Below, in pieces: positions 24,846 to 36,441 of a DNA stretch of 64,000 nt. This DNA is from Curvularia clavata (Eukaryota): positions 992,001 to 1,056,000 of the forward strand of contig CP089277.1 in NCBI GenBank assembly GCA_023920165.1, given 5' to 3'. The first letter of the stretch is position 1, and every line of letters starts with the position of its first letter. The notes under the pieces are model-generated. The model did not search any database, was not told where the DNA came from, and saw only the letters and a program-made list of their open reading frames with translations. A program made the position numbers and the translations under genes.

Positions 24846-25997
24846 CTAGCAAGAAGCGCCGCTGGGCACATTCAAGCAGCTCGAGCTCTTCTTTCCACCG
24901 GTAATGCTAACACCAGACCAAGTCCAGTTCGAGCAGCTACCCTTTCCGCACAGAACGTAGATATCGGTACCAGAAGAAGCAACAGTGCCAGTAACACCCT
25001 GGAGCGTAACACCAGTGATCGGGACACCAGTGGTTGGCTTTCCAGTTGGGCCGCCGTTAAGGTAGTCCTGCTCGATGACGATACCGTACTTGGCGATGTT
25101 CTTGAGGGTGATGTTCTTGTACGTAATGCCTGAAACGGAGCCGGTAGCACCAGAGATGGTCTTGATGCGGACACCGTTGTCAGAGTTGACGATGGTGGTG
25201 TCAGAGACGGTGACGTCCTTGACGTCGTTGTCTTTGCGGCCACCGACGGAGCCGATGGAGACACCGTGACCGCCGCTGCAGGTGCTGCCGGAGACGTGGA
25301 TGTCGGAGCCGGAGTTGATGGCGACACAGTCGTCTTGGTTCTTGACATTGGCGTTGGTGATGTAAATGCCGGAGGAGCTGCCGATGTCGAAGGCGTCGGT
25401 GTTGTGGCCGCCGCCGTTGTCGCCGGCAGAGTTGTCGATGGTAATGTGGTCGAGAGTCAGGGAGTTGGCGCCGTTGATGGAGAAGGCCTGGACGGGCGTG
25501 TTCTTGACGTTCAGTCCAGTGATGGACGAGGAGGTCATGGAGTGGGCGTAGAAGAACTTGTTTCCATTAGTTAGACTATGATTCGAAATGACCTCAATGA
25601 AATCAAGGCTTACCTTGGGCTTGGTCTTGCCGCCGTTAGATCCCTTTCCGTCCCACCACTTCTGCCCAGCTCCGTCGATAACGTGGCCGCTAGCACCAAC
25701 GACCTTGATGTTGCTACCAGAGACGGAGATGAGCGGGCCCTCCCACTCCTTGTATCCGAAGGTGGTTGTGCCCTGGAAGGTGACAGTAGTACCAGCCTTC
25801 AAGCCTGTCAGATCCAGAGTAGTACCAGCAGGAACGGTCATGCCGCTGATAACAATGCTGGTACAAGCGCCCTTGTTCTTGATAGCCGTTGCAGCATCTG
25901 TAAAAGTGCAGCTAGCGCGAGCATCAAGCCCGGATGGTGCAGCAGACACAAGCGCGCCAGCGCTGAGAAGCATCGAAGTGAGCGTAAGCGCAACCAT
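24846..25997 (-). CDS. PGN1: Endopolygalacturonase, glycoside hydrolase family 28
   Basis: Signal and propeptide (LDAR). Catalytic motifs NTD, QDD, GHG, RIK. One 57-nt intron at 25557-25613. N-terminus closely resembles Cochliobolus-type PGN1 as I recall it. Confidence 0.96.
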   Translation of the reverse strand: MVALTLTSMLLSAGALVSAAPSGLDARASCTFTDAATAIKNKGACTSIVISGMTVPAGTTLDLTGLKAGTTVTFQGTTTFGYKEWEGPLISVSGSNIKVVGASGHVIDGAGQKWWDGKGSNGGKTKPKVSLDFIEVISNHSLTNGNKFFYAHSMTSSSITGLNVKNTPVQAFSINGANSLTLDHITIDNSAGDNGGGHNTDAFDIGSSSGIYITNANVKNQDDCVAINSGSDIHVSGSTCSGGHGVSIGSVGGRKDNDVKDVTVSDTTIVNSDNGVRIKTISGATGSVSGITYKNITLKNIAKYGIVIEQDYLNGGPTGKPTTGVPITGVTLQGVTGTVASSGTDIYVLCGKGSCSNWTWSGVSITGGKKSSSCLNVPSGASC

Positions 25998-26258
25998 GAT
26001 GCTATCCAGTTAACTGCTGTTTGAGCAAAGATAATCAGGAATGGGAATATGATACTGTAGAATGAAAAGGCGAAGGAGTGACTTGTGGATGTGGTACAAA
26101 GGCGGCCACCCTGTGGTACTTATGCAAAAGCGTCAACATCTCAGAAGGAGTGGAGAAAAGCCCCCTCACAGCAGGCATTAAGCTCTTTCGAGCCCCAATT
26201 TCTCCGAGGCTTGTCGCTCTCGGCAAGGCTTGACACTTGGGCAATCCCTGTGCTGTGT

Positions 26259-26266
26259 TTGGTGGA
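26259..26266 (-). promoter_or_regulatory. Galacturonate-responsive element-like motif TCCACCAA (CCNCCAA core)
   Basis: Plus strand reads ttggtgga, about 260 nt upstream of the polygalacturonase ATG. Confidence 0.45.
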
Positions 26267-29200
26267 CACGAGTAGTGTAAATGGACGTGTTTGATAGATT
26301 TCTCCGCTTCGTGGAAATTCGCAACCACCTTTGATGCACTTACATCAAATTAGTTATATTCACCCATGTGTTTACCTTTTTACTTCCCCTATAGGCACTG
26401 GCTAATCTGCGATACAGGAGGAGAGCACTCGCTGCTGACACTTTTTTGCAATCCGTGGTTCGGAGCTTCAATCTCCCCATGTGGAGCTGTAAGATCGAAC
26501 ATCCGATGGCCATCTCCACCCATGCCCCAAACAAGATTGCGATGTAATGGTGAAACATGTTTGGCCCAAAACGGGCTCTAGAAGCGTGGCGCTGCTGTGG
26601 CGCTACGGGATTCCTTCCAAGCCAGTCCCAATACGGTGCCCGAGCGTGGCGCCGAGCGTGGCCGATTGACGGAACATCTGTTTTAATCAATCTGGCAGTT
26701 GTCGCAAAGAACCACCAGAAATAGGGACCCCGTAAAAGCTCGGTACTAGAGAACAGGTGTAATCAGACGTCCCCGCAAACCGGATCGTGGATCGCTAACG
26801 AAGCTTGGGTGACGACGGCAGCACCCATGTCCTCGCAATGCTGTTTATTTCCATGACCGTCTAGTTTTCGTCATGTTCTGCTATGCATTACGGAGTAATT
26901 CACCCATCTATTCTCTCGCGAACAAACACGCTAGGCTGAAACAGTTGCGCCACGTGCTCACCCGTGCGTTGGTACAGCTCTTCGGCATACCTACGTAAGG
27001 GACATCGAAGCATGAACAGGCGCCTAGCTCCATGTCACAAGACACATGCCCACGGTACCAAGTCTTTTGCCTGTCAATATTGTGCCGTACAGCCGACATG
27101 GAGCCATTGAAGTTTCTCAAAGCCCGAGAGCGAGGCTGGGCACCACAACATCCCCCCTTGCCGTCCGCAAATACGCCCCACCGAATGCAATCTCCAGCGA
27201 AATCCCTTGCCGTGTAATCCGATTCTGATCTTGTCATTCGCGCATACATCGTACTTCATGGTACATATCTTTGCACGAAGACCCTTTCTCTAGGAGTATT
27301 CAAGTCACGAGCCAGTGCAATGTGCCTTAATAGGTAAAAAATGTTGGGCTTAATATATAGGACATGCAGATCTCTCTCGTCAATGTGAGATCTTAGATAC
27401 TTAAGCTTCTTCGGGCCGGCAGGTGGCCTACTTGAATGCGCAGGGCAGAGACGATTCGCGGATAAATCTGACCCCGACGAACTCTACGCATTGTCGTTCT
27501 ACAAGCATGGTCAGATTCTCTGAATCAAGAGAAGACCACAAGATTGTTCGTCGTGCATTTGGCAGTTAGAAAGTGGACGCGTAATAGGCGATGTGCCTGG
27601 ACGTCCGTTGAGGAAATGCGGGGAACTAATTTACGCATCCACCTCGTATTCTCTTCAGATGGTGAATAGGGAGGTGGCCTTGCCCATGGTGACATGAACG
27701 TCACAGAGTGTTCTGATGATGCTGTCCATAAGGATGGGCTCAGCTTACAATGTTGCTCCTAGAATTATGGTTATCCGTTCTTCTCATATCAAGAAGAGTG
27801 TGTTCCAGGTGTCCTGACCTCTATAGAACGGGATTTCTTGCGTAAGCTTTGTGGATACCATCTTTCATGTTTTCTTCCCGTGCTGGAGCTTTGAGGAAAT
27901 TCAGTATCCAGATTTTGTTTAGTAACATCAAGTTAAACAACAGGCAATCAAAGGAAGTGGGGGTGGTTAGAGATGAAAAAATGGCTTGCCAGTCCGGCCA
28001 ATGCTCTCCTTGAACAAGGTTACTGCTGAAACACCGTGTCCACCAGCTAACGGACTTCGGCCATGGCATTGTTGAGGTGGATGTTAGAACTCGTGGCTTC
28101 ATGCGGGAACACAGAATTAATCACTGTGGATCTCGAAGATAGTAACCAGCAAGCTGCCCCGACTTCGGTCCTGAGAATGCAGATTTCAGGCCTTTGGATG
28201 GGGTCTCACCATGCAGCATATATTGGGTTATCGAGAGCACTTTTTCCCGCTACTTCATATAATCATACTTCAGTAATTCAAATTTCTGTCAACATTCGAT
28301 ACCTAGGAGTCTCACCACGGACGTTCTTTTTATCCTTCGAACCCCTGTCTGGTGGCCTCAATCATGCTTGCGTATGACAAAAGCGGCGCCAACTGGTCCG
28401 CGGAATCAGGGAGTGAAGAGAGCCAGAAACAAAAAATTTATAACAAACCAGCAAAGAAAGTCTGCCCCCTAATTCACCATCCCTCCAAATGTCTTCCATG
28501 GAGCACCTGGACGCGCAACGCTCACGGCTTACAATGGCAAGACACTGCTTTTTGTACCTACTTTAGCGTATCCATAGAGCTGTGCGATGTTTTTGACAAT
28601 TGATTTCCCGCCCATTAGGTGGTAGTCACTGCAATTCTTAGTGGTCCAAGGCCAATTACATTGTAGCCAACGCATATCTCACCAGAGTGGTACGACCATG
28701 GAGAAGCCATCGATACGTGACTGTAGCAAACAACAACAGCTTTTGATGTACCTGTCTCATTCAACTTCTACATTTTTCCGAAGGTGTCAGTCGCAATGCA
28801 GAAAAAGGCCAATACTCTCAAGATTTCAAGCGTACGGGTCAAACTCGAGCAGATCGCGCACGATACCCATCTCCATGACTCTAAAATCTCTAAAATATTA
28901 TGATACTTTGATAAAATTTGGAGTATTAGTATATCTGATTGGTAGAAAGTCACCAAATAGGTAATTGTAGCCCTCATGTAAGACTGGTGCTGTTCTTTTG
29001 TCATGGACCTGAACCCACACTTCTGTTCCTTCCACGGGCGACTTTCATGAAAATTGAATCCATTACTCCGGTAAACATATGGCGCTCCTTTTGGGCTTAC
29101 AACGACAGAAACTTAATGCACAACATGACCTCTACGGGAGCTGGATTAACCGAGACAACTTGTGCGAGACCATAACATCTAGTGCCGAGGATGAAGCCTA

Positions 29201-31709
29201 CCAGTACAACCCACCTGGCAACTGAAAAGAGGTAGAATAGGTGTCAAAAAACTTATGCCACCGTAGGGCTGCGGATGAACTAGAAAAGAGGGTAACTATA
29301 ACCAAGACCCTTCATAACACTGTAGTGTGTGCAGCGGACCAGCTTTTATAATGACGCTCAGGTAGGCCTAGAAATAGCGCTCAGCTGCTAAGGACCCTGT
29401 CAAATAATGTGATGCTACCTCCTATAGCTTCGTAATTTAGCACGTCAAGTATACCCTCGAACGGGGCGGTGAGAATTTACACCACGCCCTTCGGACGGAA
29501 ACCGACGGAACAACTAGGCGGACATTTGACCATCAGTATTCTGCACAGAGCGCGCGTCCCTTATGTTCCACCAAAATATTTCTAGCTTCGAACTCTTGGC
29601 GACGAAGTGATATGACGCTAATGTGGTGTTTATTTTGGTGTAGTAAACCACCAGTTCATAATTTGGCAGTTTGACGGGCGCCCCTAGTGTACATTCGACA
29701 TCTGGTGGGCGTTTAACAACGAGGCCAGATCTGACCCGTACTAGCGAACTTGCTGAATAAAAATAATGCGTGGCAGTTGACTATTATTCTAAAAACAACG
29801 ATGTCACGGGTGCCTCGGATGTGGTAAATATTGCCAATGCCGCCAATGTCGCGGACGTCTCAAGATGTTCAAATTGAATAATAGGCTTCTTTTAGCTCTG
29901 AACTCTAACTGCATTCAAAGTACAAAGTGCTGACAAGTTGGATAGGTTAGGAGATGCATGCTTGCATTCACGCGGTGCCATCTGCGATGAAACCAAACTT
30001 TGCTAACCAGTCCAGTAATAGGCCTCCCAAGTGTCCGCCCTGCCCCGGACCCTTTGCATTATGATCTCAGTACCAGCCCATGTCCCTAGATACTCATTCA
30101 GAACAGAAGAAGCTTTTGAGAAGGCACAGGGTCAGAGAACAGTACGCCTGTACAATAATTGTCTCAGCCTGTGAGCGTCTATTTGAGAAACACCTGAAAG
30201 AAGTGTTGAAAGCCAGCACTTGTTTTACCTTATCGCCATGTATAGGGGCTGAAACATAGAAGCTAACGGAGCTGTCAGCGGCGCACCTCCAGATTGTCCG
30301 CTGTGCGAGATGGCTGCTGACTGGCGTCTAGCCCGGGCGCCACATCCGTCCTCCTGCAACACCTACGTAGCCAAACGCCCTTGCATGCACTACCACCACC
30401 AAATACGAACTTGTAAAATACTTATATTTATGATTTGAACTGGACAAGGTCATGAATCAAGCAGCAATCTCCAACATCTGCAATAGAAGGTATTCTAGAA
30501 CGACATCGAGCCTCGAATTGCAAGACTTCGGTCACCAGGTCGTGAAAAGCAGGCGAAACAAACGAGTTGATTGTTCGTGGACATCGAGGGACATAGTCAG
30601 CCCTGCAAGGATCGACATAAATAGCTTTGGCCAATGGCCATCGATTACACGACCAGAACCGCTTGGCACACGGCAGTTGACAGCTCAAGATCGCTTGCAG
30701 AGACAGCTTGAAATATCAACTCGATAGCGGCTATGTTTGTGGCATCCCATATATATTTTAAAAACTCAAAGTCGAAACTCGGCATACTTTTGCAGGAAAG
30801 AAGATAGACTCTGGTCTAAGATCGCATCACCTGATTCCAGAAAGAAAATGTTCAAATGATGGCATTTCAACAGGGTGCGTGCCGTGCCCTAGAACAACTT
30901 GTTACGAACGCCTGTGCGTCATGGCAGGGCGACAGTTTGCGGATCCGAAGGTCTTGCGACAGTGGTGCGAGTAAACCATCCTAGTGGTGCGCTTTAGATT
31001 AAACCCTCCTACAGCAGTTCTTAGAGTCGCAAACAAGCACCGAAATGGAAGTTTGTAAGACGGGAGAACCGTACAGCGCCGATCGTCTCTACTACAAAAA
31101 ACGCCCCCAAAGAGCCCTCACAAGGATTATGCCAAACAACTGAAGGATCGTGCTCGACCCGATCATCGAAATGCTGGAATCACCAAGAGAACCCGTTGTT
31201 CACGATTTTACTTGGCCATAGGCACGTCCGTTATCTATCAGAGTAGGACCGACTTACACTATGCACAAGAGACATTCCTGTAGGGGCCGCACCAATGAGA
31301 AGCGTCAGGGGTTCGAAGATGGGAATCAATGCTCCTGGCATATGAAACGGCGAAGTGGAAAAGCGCCGACAAGCCATGCACTAGCAAATAAACTCTGCAC
31401 TAAAACACAACTCGACATTCTAAATCCCCAGGTTTCGGGCCTTATATGCTCTAGGGGTATGTACGCGCAATGACAGTCTTGGTAATGACAGGCAGGATGA
31501 TGCTATTTTCTAATGTCAAGGAGGGTTTTCGCGGCTTGGCCACCGACGAAGCGCCTTGAAATTAACTCGTTAAGAGAAAGAGAAGAGTAGTTTAAATGCG
31601 ATGCATCGCGACAGTAGATCCCTTCTCTTCACCCAGCTTCATCGTGCTTTCCGCTCTTTAAGTAACTAATCACTCTTTCCCTTGGCTACCAGCCGTCCTA
31701 TCTTTAACC

Positions 31710-33119
31710 ATGCGTTTCACCGACGCCGCCACTCTTTTCTCCCTCTCTTCGCTTGCACAAGCAGCACCCTCGCTCCATGGCCACCAGCACGCCCATGCCA
31801 CCCGTGATGTAGGATACAGCGCTGGCTACCAGACCGGTACCTTCTTCACCAACTGGGCCATCTATGCTCGCAACTACAAGGTCACCGACCTTCCGGCCAA
31901 GCAACTTACTAAGGTCAACTATGCCTTTGCCAACCTGAACAATGTTACCGGTGAAGTCATGCTCAGCGATGAGTGGGCCGACATCCAGATTCCTTACCCT
32001 GGTGATGTGGCCGGAAACAACACTCTGCTTGGTAACTTTGGAGCGCTGTTCAAGCTGAAGCAGCAGCACCGCAACATGAAGGTCACCCTCTCGATCGGTG
32101 GCTGGAGCTACAGGAACAACTTCAAGCCCGCGTTCTCGACCGAGGCTGGCAGACAGAAATTCTGCGACAGCTCCCTCGAGATGATCATGAACCTCGGACT
32201 AGACGGCATTGACGTTGACTACGAGTACCCTGAAGATCTCCAAGCTAGTGCCAACCTCGCCGACACTGTGAAGCGCTGCCGCAAGGTCAGTAAAATACTT
32301 ATGATTCGTAACTACCAACCTCTAACGTGAGTTTAGACCTTCGACGAGTACTCGGCAACCCACGCCAACGGCTACCGCTTCTTGATTGGCATTTCCTCCC
32401 CTGCTGGACCTCAGAACTACGAGATCTTCCCCATCGCGGAGATGGACCCCTACGTCGACAACTGGAACCTGATGGCCTTTGACTACCAGGGCCCTGGCTT
32501 CTCCAACTTCACTGGCCACCTCAGCAACGTGTATCCCAGCAAGAAAAACAAGCGATCGACCGACGGCTGGGACGCCAAAGGCCAACGATTCATTCCCTTC
32601 AACACCGACCAGGCTATCCAGTACTACAAGAGCAGGGTCGCCTCTCCCAAGAAGATCCAGCTCGGTATGCCTCTGTACGGCCGTGCTTTCGCCAACGTCA
32701 TGGACCCCCGCCCACAGGGTGACGGTATGGGCGTGACCTTCAACGGCACTCTGCCCGGTAGCTGGGAGCCCGGTACCTACGACTACAAGGCTCTTCCTCT
32801 GAACAACTCCGGAACTGCCTACACTTCCTGGGATGTGCGCGCCTCCTGGACCTACAACCGCAAGACCCGCGAGCTCGTTAGCTATGACTGCCCCCAAGTT
32901 GCGCAGTGGAAGACCCAGTACCTCAAGCAGCAGAAGCTTGGTGGTGCCTGGTGGTGGGAGGCCTCTGGCGACCGCCCTGTCTCCGACCCCAAGTCTCTCG
33001 TCCGCACTGTCGTTCAGGCACTGGGAGGCGAGAGCGCCTTCAAGCTCGACCACAACAACCTTTACTATCCCAAGTCCAAGTACGTCAATGTTCGCAACGC
33101 TAATCTCACTGAAGCATAA
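31710..33119 (+). CDS. Secreted chitinase, glycoside hydrolase family 18 (group A)
   Basis: Exons 31710-32285 and 32337-33119. Signal peptide. Motifs FTNWAIYARNY, KVTLSIGGW, intact DGIDVDYEYP (DxDxE), NLMAFDY, LGMPLYGR. Confidence 0.96.
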
Positions 33120-34474
33120 GCTGTTACATTGCTTGGTTGGGGAGTTTCGTCTTTAGCACTTTGTTGGCTCGCGAGGGCCTGTTGAAAAAATGAATGATGG
33201 ATGCAGTAGAATAGAAGCAATATACCCATCTAAATCATAGAATATCTGCCGAACTCACATGGCATCTTTTACGTACCGTGAATACCCCTGCTTCTGTGAT
33301 GTTATGCTGACCGTGGCGTCTCAGGCCCTTGCCAGAGCAGTGTTTTCCAACGTACGAACGTCAAACATCCCACAAGCACCTCAACACTACTGTACGTCAG
33401 CACGATCGACACTCCTTCTTACTCATGCGGATGTTCCCTACTGCCAGTAAGCACCTAAATTCCAGTAAACAGTTGCTTTGATTTTCCCTCCCTCCCGTAC
33501 CCGAGGGATTTTCCGGATTGACAAGCGTCAAGTTGCACCGGCGTAAGCACCGATGCCATGCGCTGTGAGATCTTTGTTCAGAAGTCAACTACAAAGAATA
33601 CATTGGGAAGAGTGAGATATTCGCATATCCCACCGCAGGTGTGAGGATGTGCGTCATAAGATTGGCACTAGGTGCTGGTGGTAGTGGAACATGTACTTTC
33701 ACTGGCACTGGATTGTCTGGCGACCAATTTAGTCGATGTTGCCCAGCGCTCAAGGCCTTGGTGTTTGTGGCTGAGAGGCTTACAGCGACCCACCAGGAGC
33801 AAAGTTGTGTTTGTCAATACAGAATCTTCGCATATGCAGTTTCTGGCTTAATTATGGTACTGTGAGGATGCGGGTCTCTACAAGAGGTGGTACTTGTCAT
33901 TACGTCTGACAAACGGAGACTTCTATTGAAAAAGCATGCCGTCCACCATGTTCAAAATCATCCCAGTTCGAACCGGACAGTGTCAAGAGAATGCCTCGGG
34001 CAGAAATGCTTAAACAAGACACGAGAGCTGAACTATGGCAGCAAGACATGTGCATGTAATATACGCGAAACTTATGAGAATGCTCCCGGGAGAAGCAATC
34101 TGAAAGCTGATATGACGGATGAATCTCCTATGTTTCAGACAGGAGTATTCCGTACAGCAAAAATGGCAAGACGACTGCTCTGCTTACAGCCGATGTCCCT
34201 CCGAGCCAGTCTGGCCAACCCTAGGACACGGCGCGATTCGTGGTACATCTTGGCACTGCTATCGCCACGCATTGATTCAGGCTAAATTGCATTATCAGTA
34301 TTGATTGCGACGGCCGATCAATTAGGTCCTTTAGAAAACAGAGCAGTGAGTTATGCAGTAGAAAGCTCATTAAGATTACGTTATGCCAGTTGACATGAGA
34401 GCCGTAGGAGGGCGGCTGCGGCTGATCCCGGACCCACCTGCCAGAACACCCACACGTGCACCATCACCACCATC

Positions 34475-35331
34475 ATGAATGCCATCATTGTTCGGCACGC
34501 CTGTCATCTCGGATTTGCGCCCAAACCTCTGTACCGCAGCACAGCCACTAGTCTTCGCCCCCGTGCGACAAGATCAACGAACACAATGGCCCAGCCTTTA
34601 CGACCACGGCGGTTTGCCCCGCTGGACCCTGCGAAGAGGAAAGAGGGGGACGAAAGACTAGAGCTCAAGGGCGTCGTATTCGATGTGGACGGCACATTAT
34701 GTAACGAATCCTTTGGTGCCTGCAAGTAGGAGGACGACGGGTATGCTAATGTGTGACAGGCTTACCACAGAATTACATGTTTGCAGAAATGCGGGCGGCT
34801 CTCGGCATTGAGAAGCCGACTGACATCCTGGATCACATCTACTCACTACCTGAGAAAGAGCAAGAAGAGGCACAAGAGAAAATTCGGAACATCGAACGGA
34901 CCGCAATGAAGTCGCAGCAGCCACAGGCCGGTCTTGTGGAGCTTATGGAGTATCTCGACTCCCGCGGCATCAAGAAAGGCATTTGCACACGTAATTTCGA
35001 TGCTCCGGTCACACATCTACTCACCACTTTTCTGCCCACATTCAAATTCAGCCCCGTTGTCACGCGAGAATTCAGACCACCCAAGCCCGACCCGGCCGGC
35101 ATCTTGCATATTGCCAAAGACTGGATGCACGAAGATGGGGGCAAGAGCCTGATCATGGTAGGCGATTCTATTGATGACATGACAGCGGGGCATCGAGCGG
35201 GAGCTGCAACGGTTTTGCTCGTCAACGACGTGAATAAACATCTCGCTGAACACGAGCACACGGACCTCGTAGTCAAACGGCTCGACGATCTGATTGGGAT
35301 CCTGGAGAACGGGTTTGAGGGACGACAATAA
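34475..35331 (+). CDS. HAD-superfamily hydrolase (YOR131C-like)
   Basis: Exons 34475 (or 34586)-34700 and 34760-35331. Spliced motif FDVDGTLCLPQNYMF. Also ICTRN, PPKPDPAGI, MVGDSIDD. Confidence 0.92.
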
Positions 35332-36441
35332 TCACTCTATAGACTCCAGCACAATCGGGAGCTGCTGTGAAGAAGCCCCAGTGACTTCCCGTTCGAGGCT
35401 ACGATGCAGAAATACAATACCTAACAATATCGATTTTTTCCTCGTGCGACATTATGCTGTCCTCAATCACCAATGCAAATATGCAGTACCTATTCCCAAG
35501 ACGCAGGTACACGAAGCTGCCACAAGGTATCGTTCCACCATTCGCCACCTATGACTGGGGTGCTGCGGTGTAGCAGTGCGTTGATTATCCGGTCCGTCGC
35601 GCACTGACTGGTGCGGGGGGATAACGGCTGTCATGCAGTGGTACGAGGTCGTTAGTACTATTACAGTGTAGGAAGGTGAGCCTGCATACCCCAACACTAC
35701 ACGGCCAAGCTGCCACTTCAAGCTTTTGCCAGACTGCACCAAGCATACCCAGCATTATACAAGCTTCAGCATTTGTTGCTGCGCAATTTCTGGGCCGCCA
35801 TACTAATCAAGGCTTGCTACTCGCCACAGCGATATGGTTCTCGCAATCTCCCTGGGCTGTTACAGCTTAATCTAGGATCGACGTGCTGCAGCGACGTGAC
35901 GAGATCAGCTGAGCTGTAGCACGTCGCTGCAGAAATAGCGAGTTTGTACAAGTAGGACACATTAGGCCAGTCCACCAGCCTTCAATACAGCACGCACCTG
36001 CATGTTCATGTGGAAGTAGCGCTGTGGATCGACATCCAGAGCTACGGTCGCGTTGTGGCGATTGGGGCAGGTCGTCTGCGAGGGACTGGAGGGGTTGTTT
36101 CAAGACGCGCCAATCCGGAAGCTGCATGCATTGAAACCACTATGCCCGACCATGTCTTTATCACCACTAAGGCAGCCAAGGCCCATCATGTTGATCCATC
36201 CAACTGCATAAGGGCAATGTTAATGGATGGGGACTGTCTGGTCGACTAACCGGTCCCGTGCCTTGGCAGCGTTGACTATAACTGCTCACGTTTCGCTGTG
36301 CAAACACAGCTTCTTCACTCTATCGCTACTTCTTGTACTCGAGGGACTACGACAAGTGTCTGAGGAATTCGAGGTGTCGTAGTTGTCCTGGTTCCCTTTT
36401 CGCATTCTCTCGGTTCTGTGGTATTGGTATTCACAGCCAGT

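Noticed and set aside
32322..33053. Long antisense ORFs over chitinase (also over HUT1, SCS3, PG, S10)
   Set aside because: Shadow ORFs produced by the strong C-ending codon bias of the real genes.
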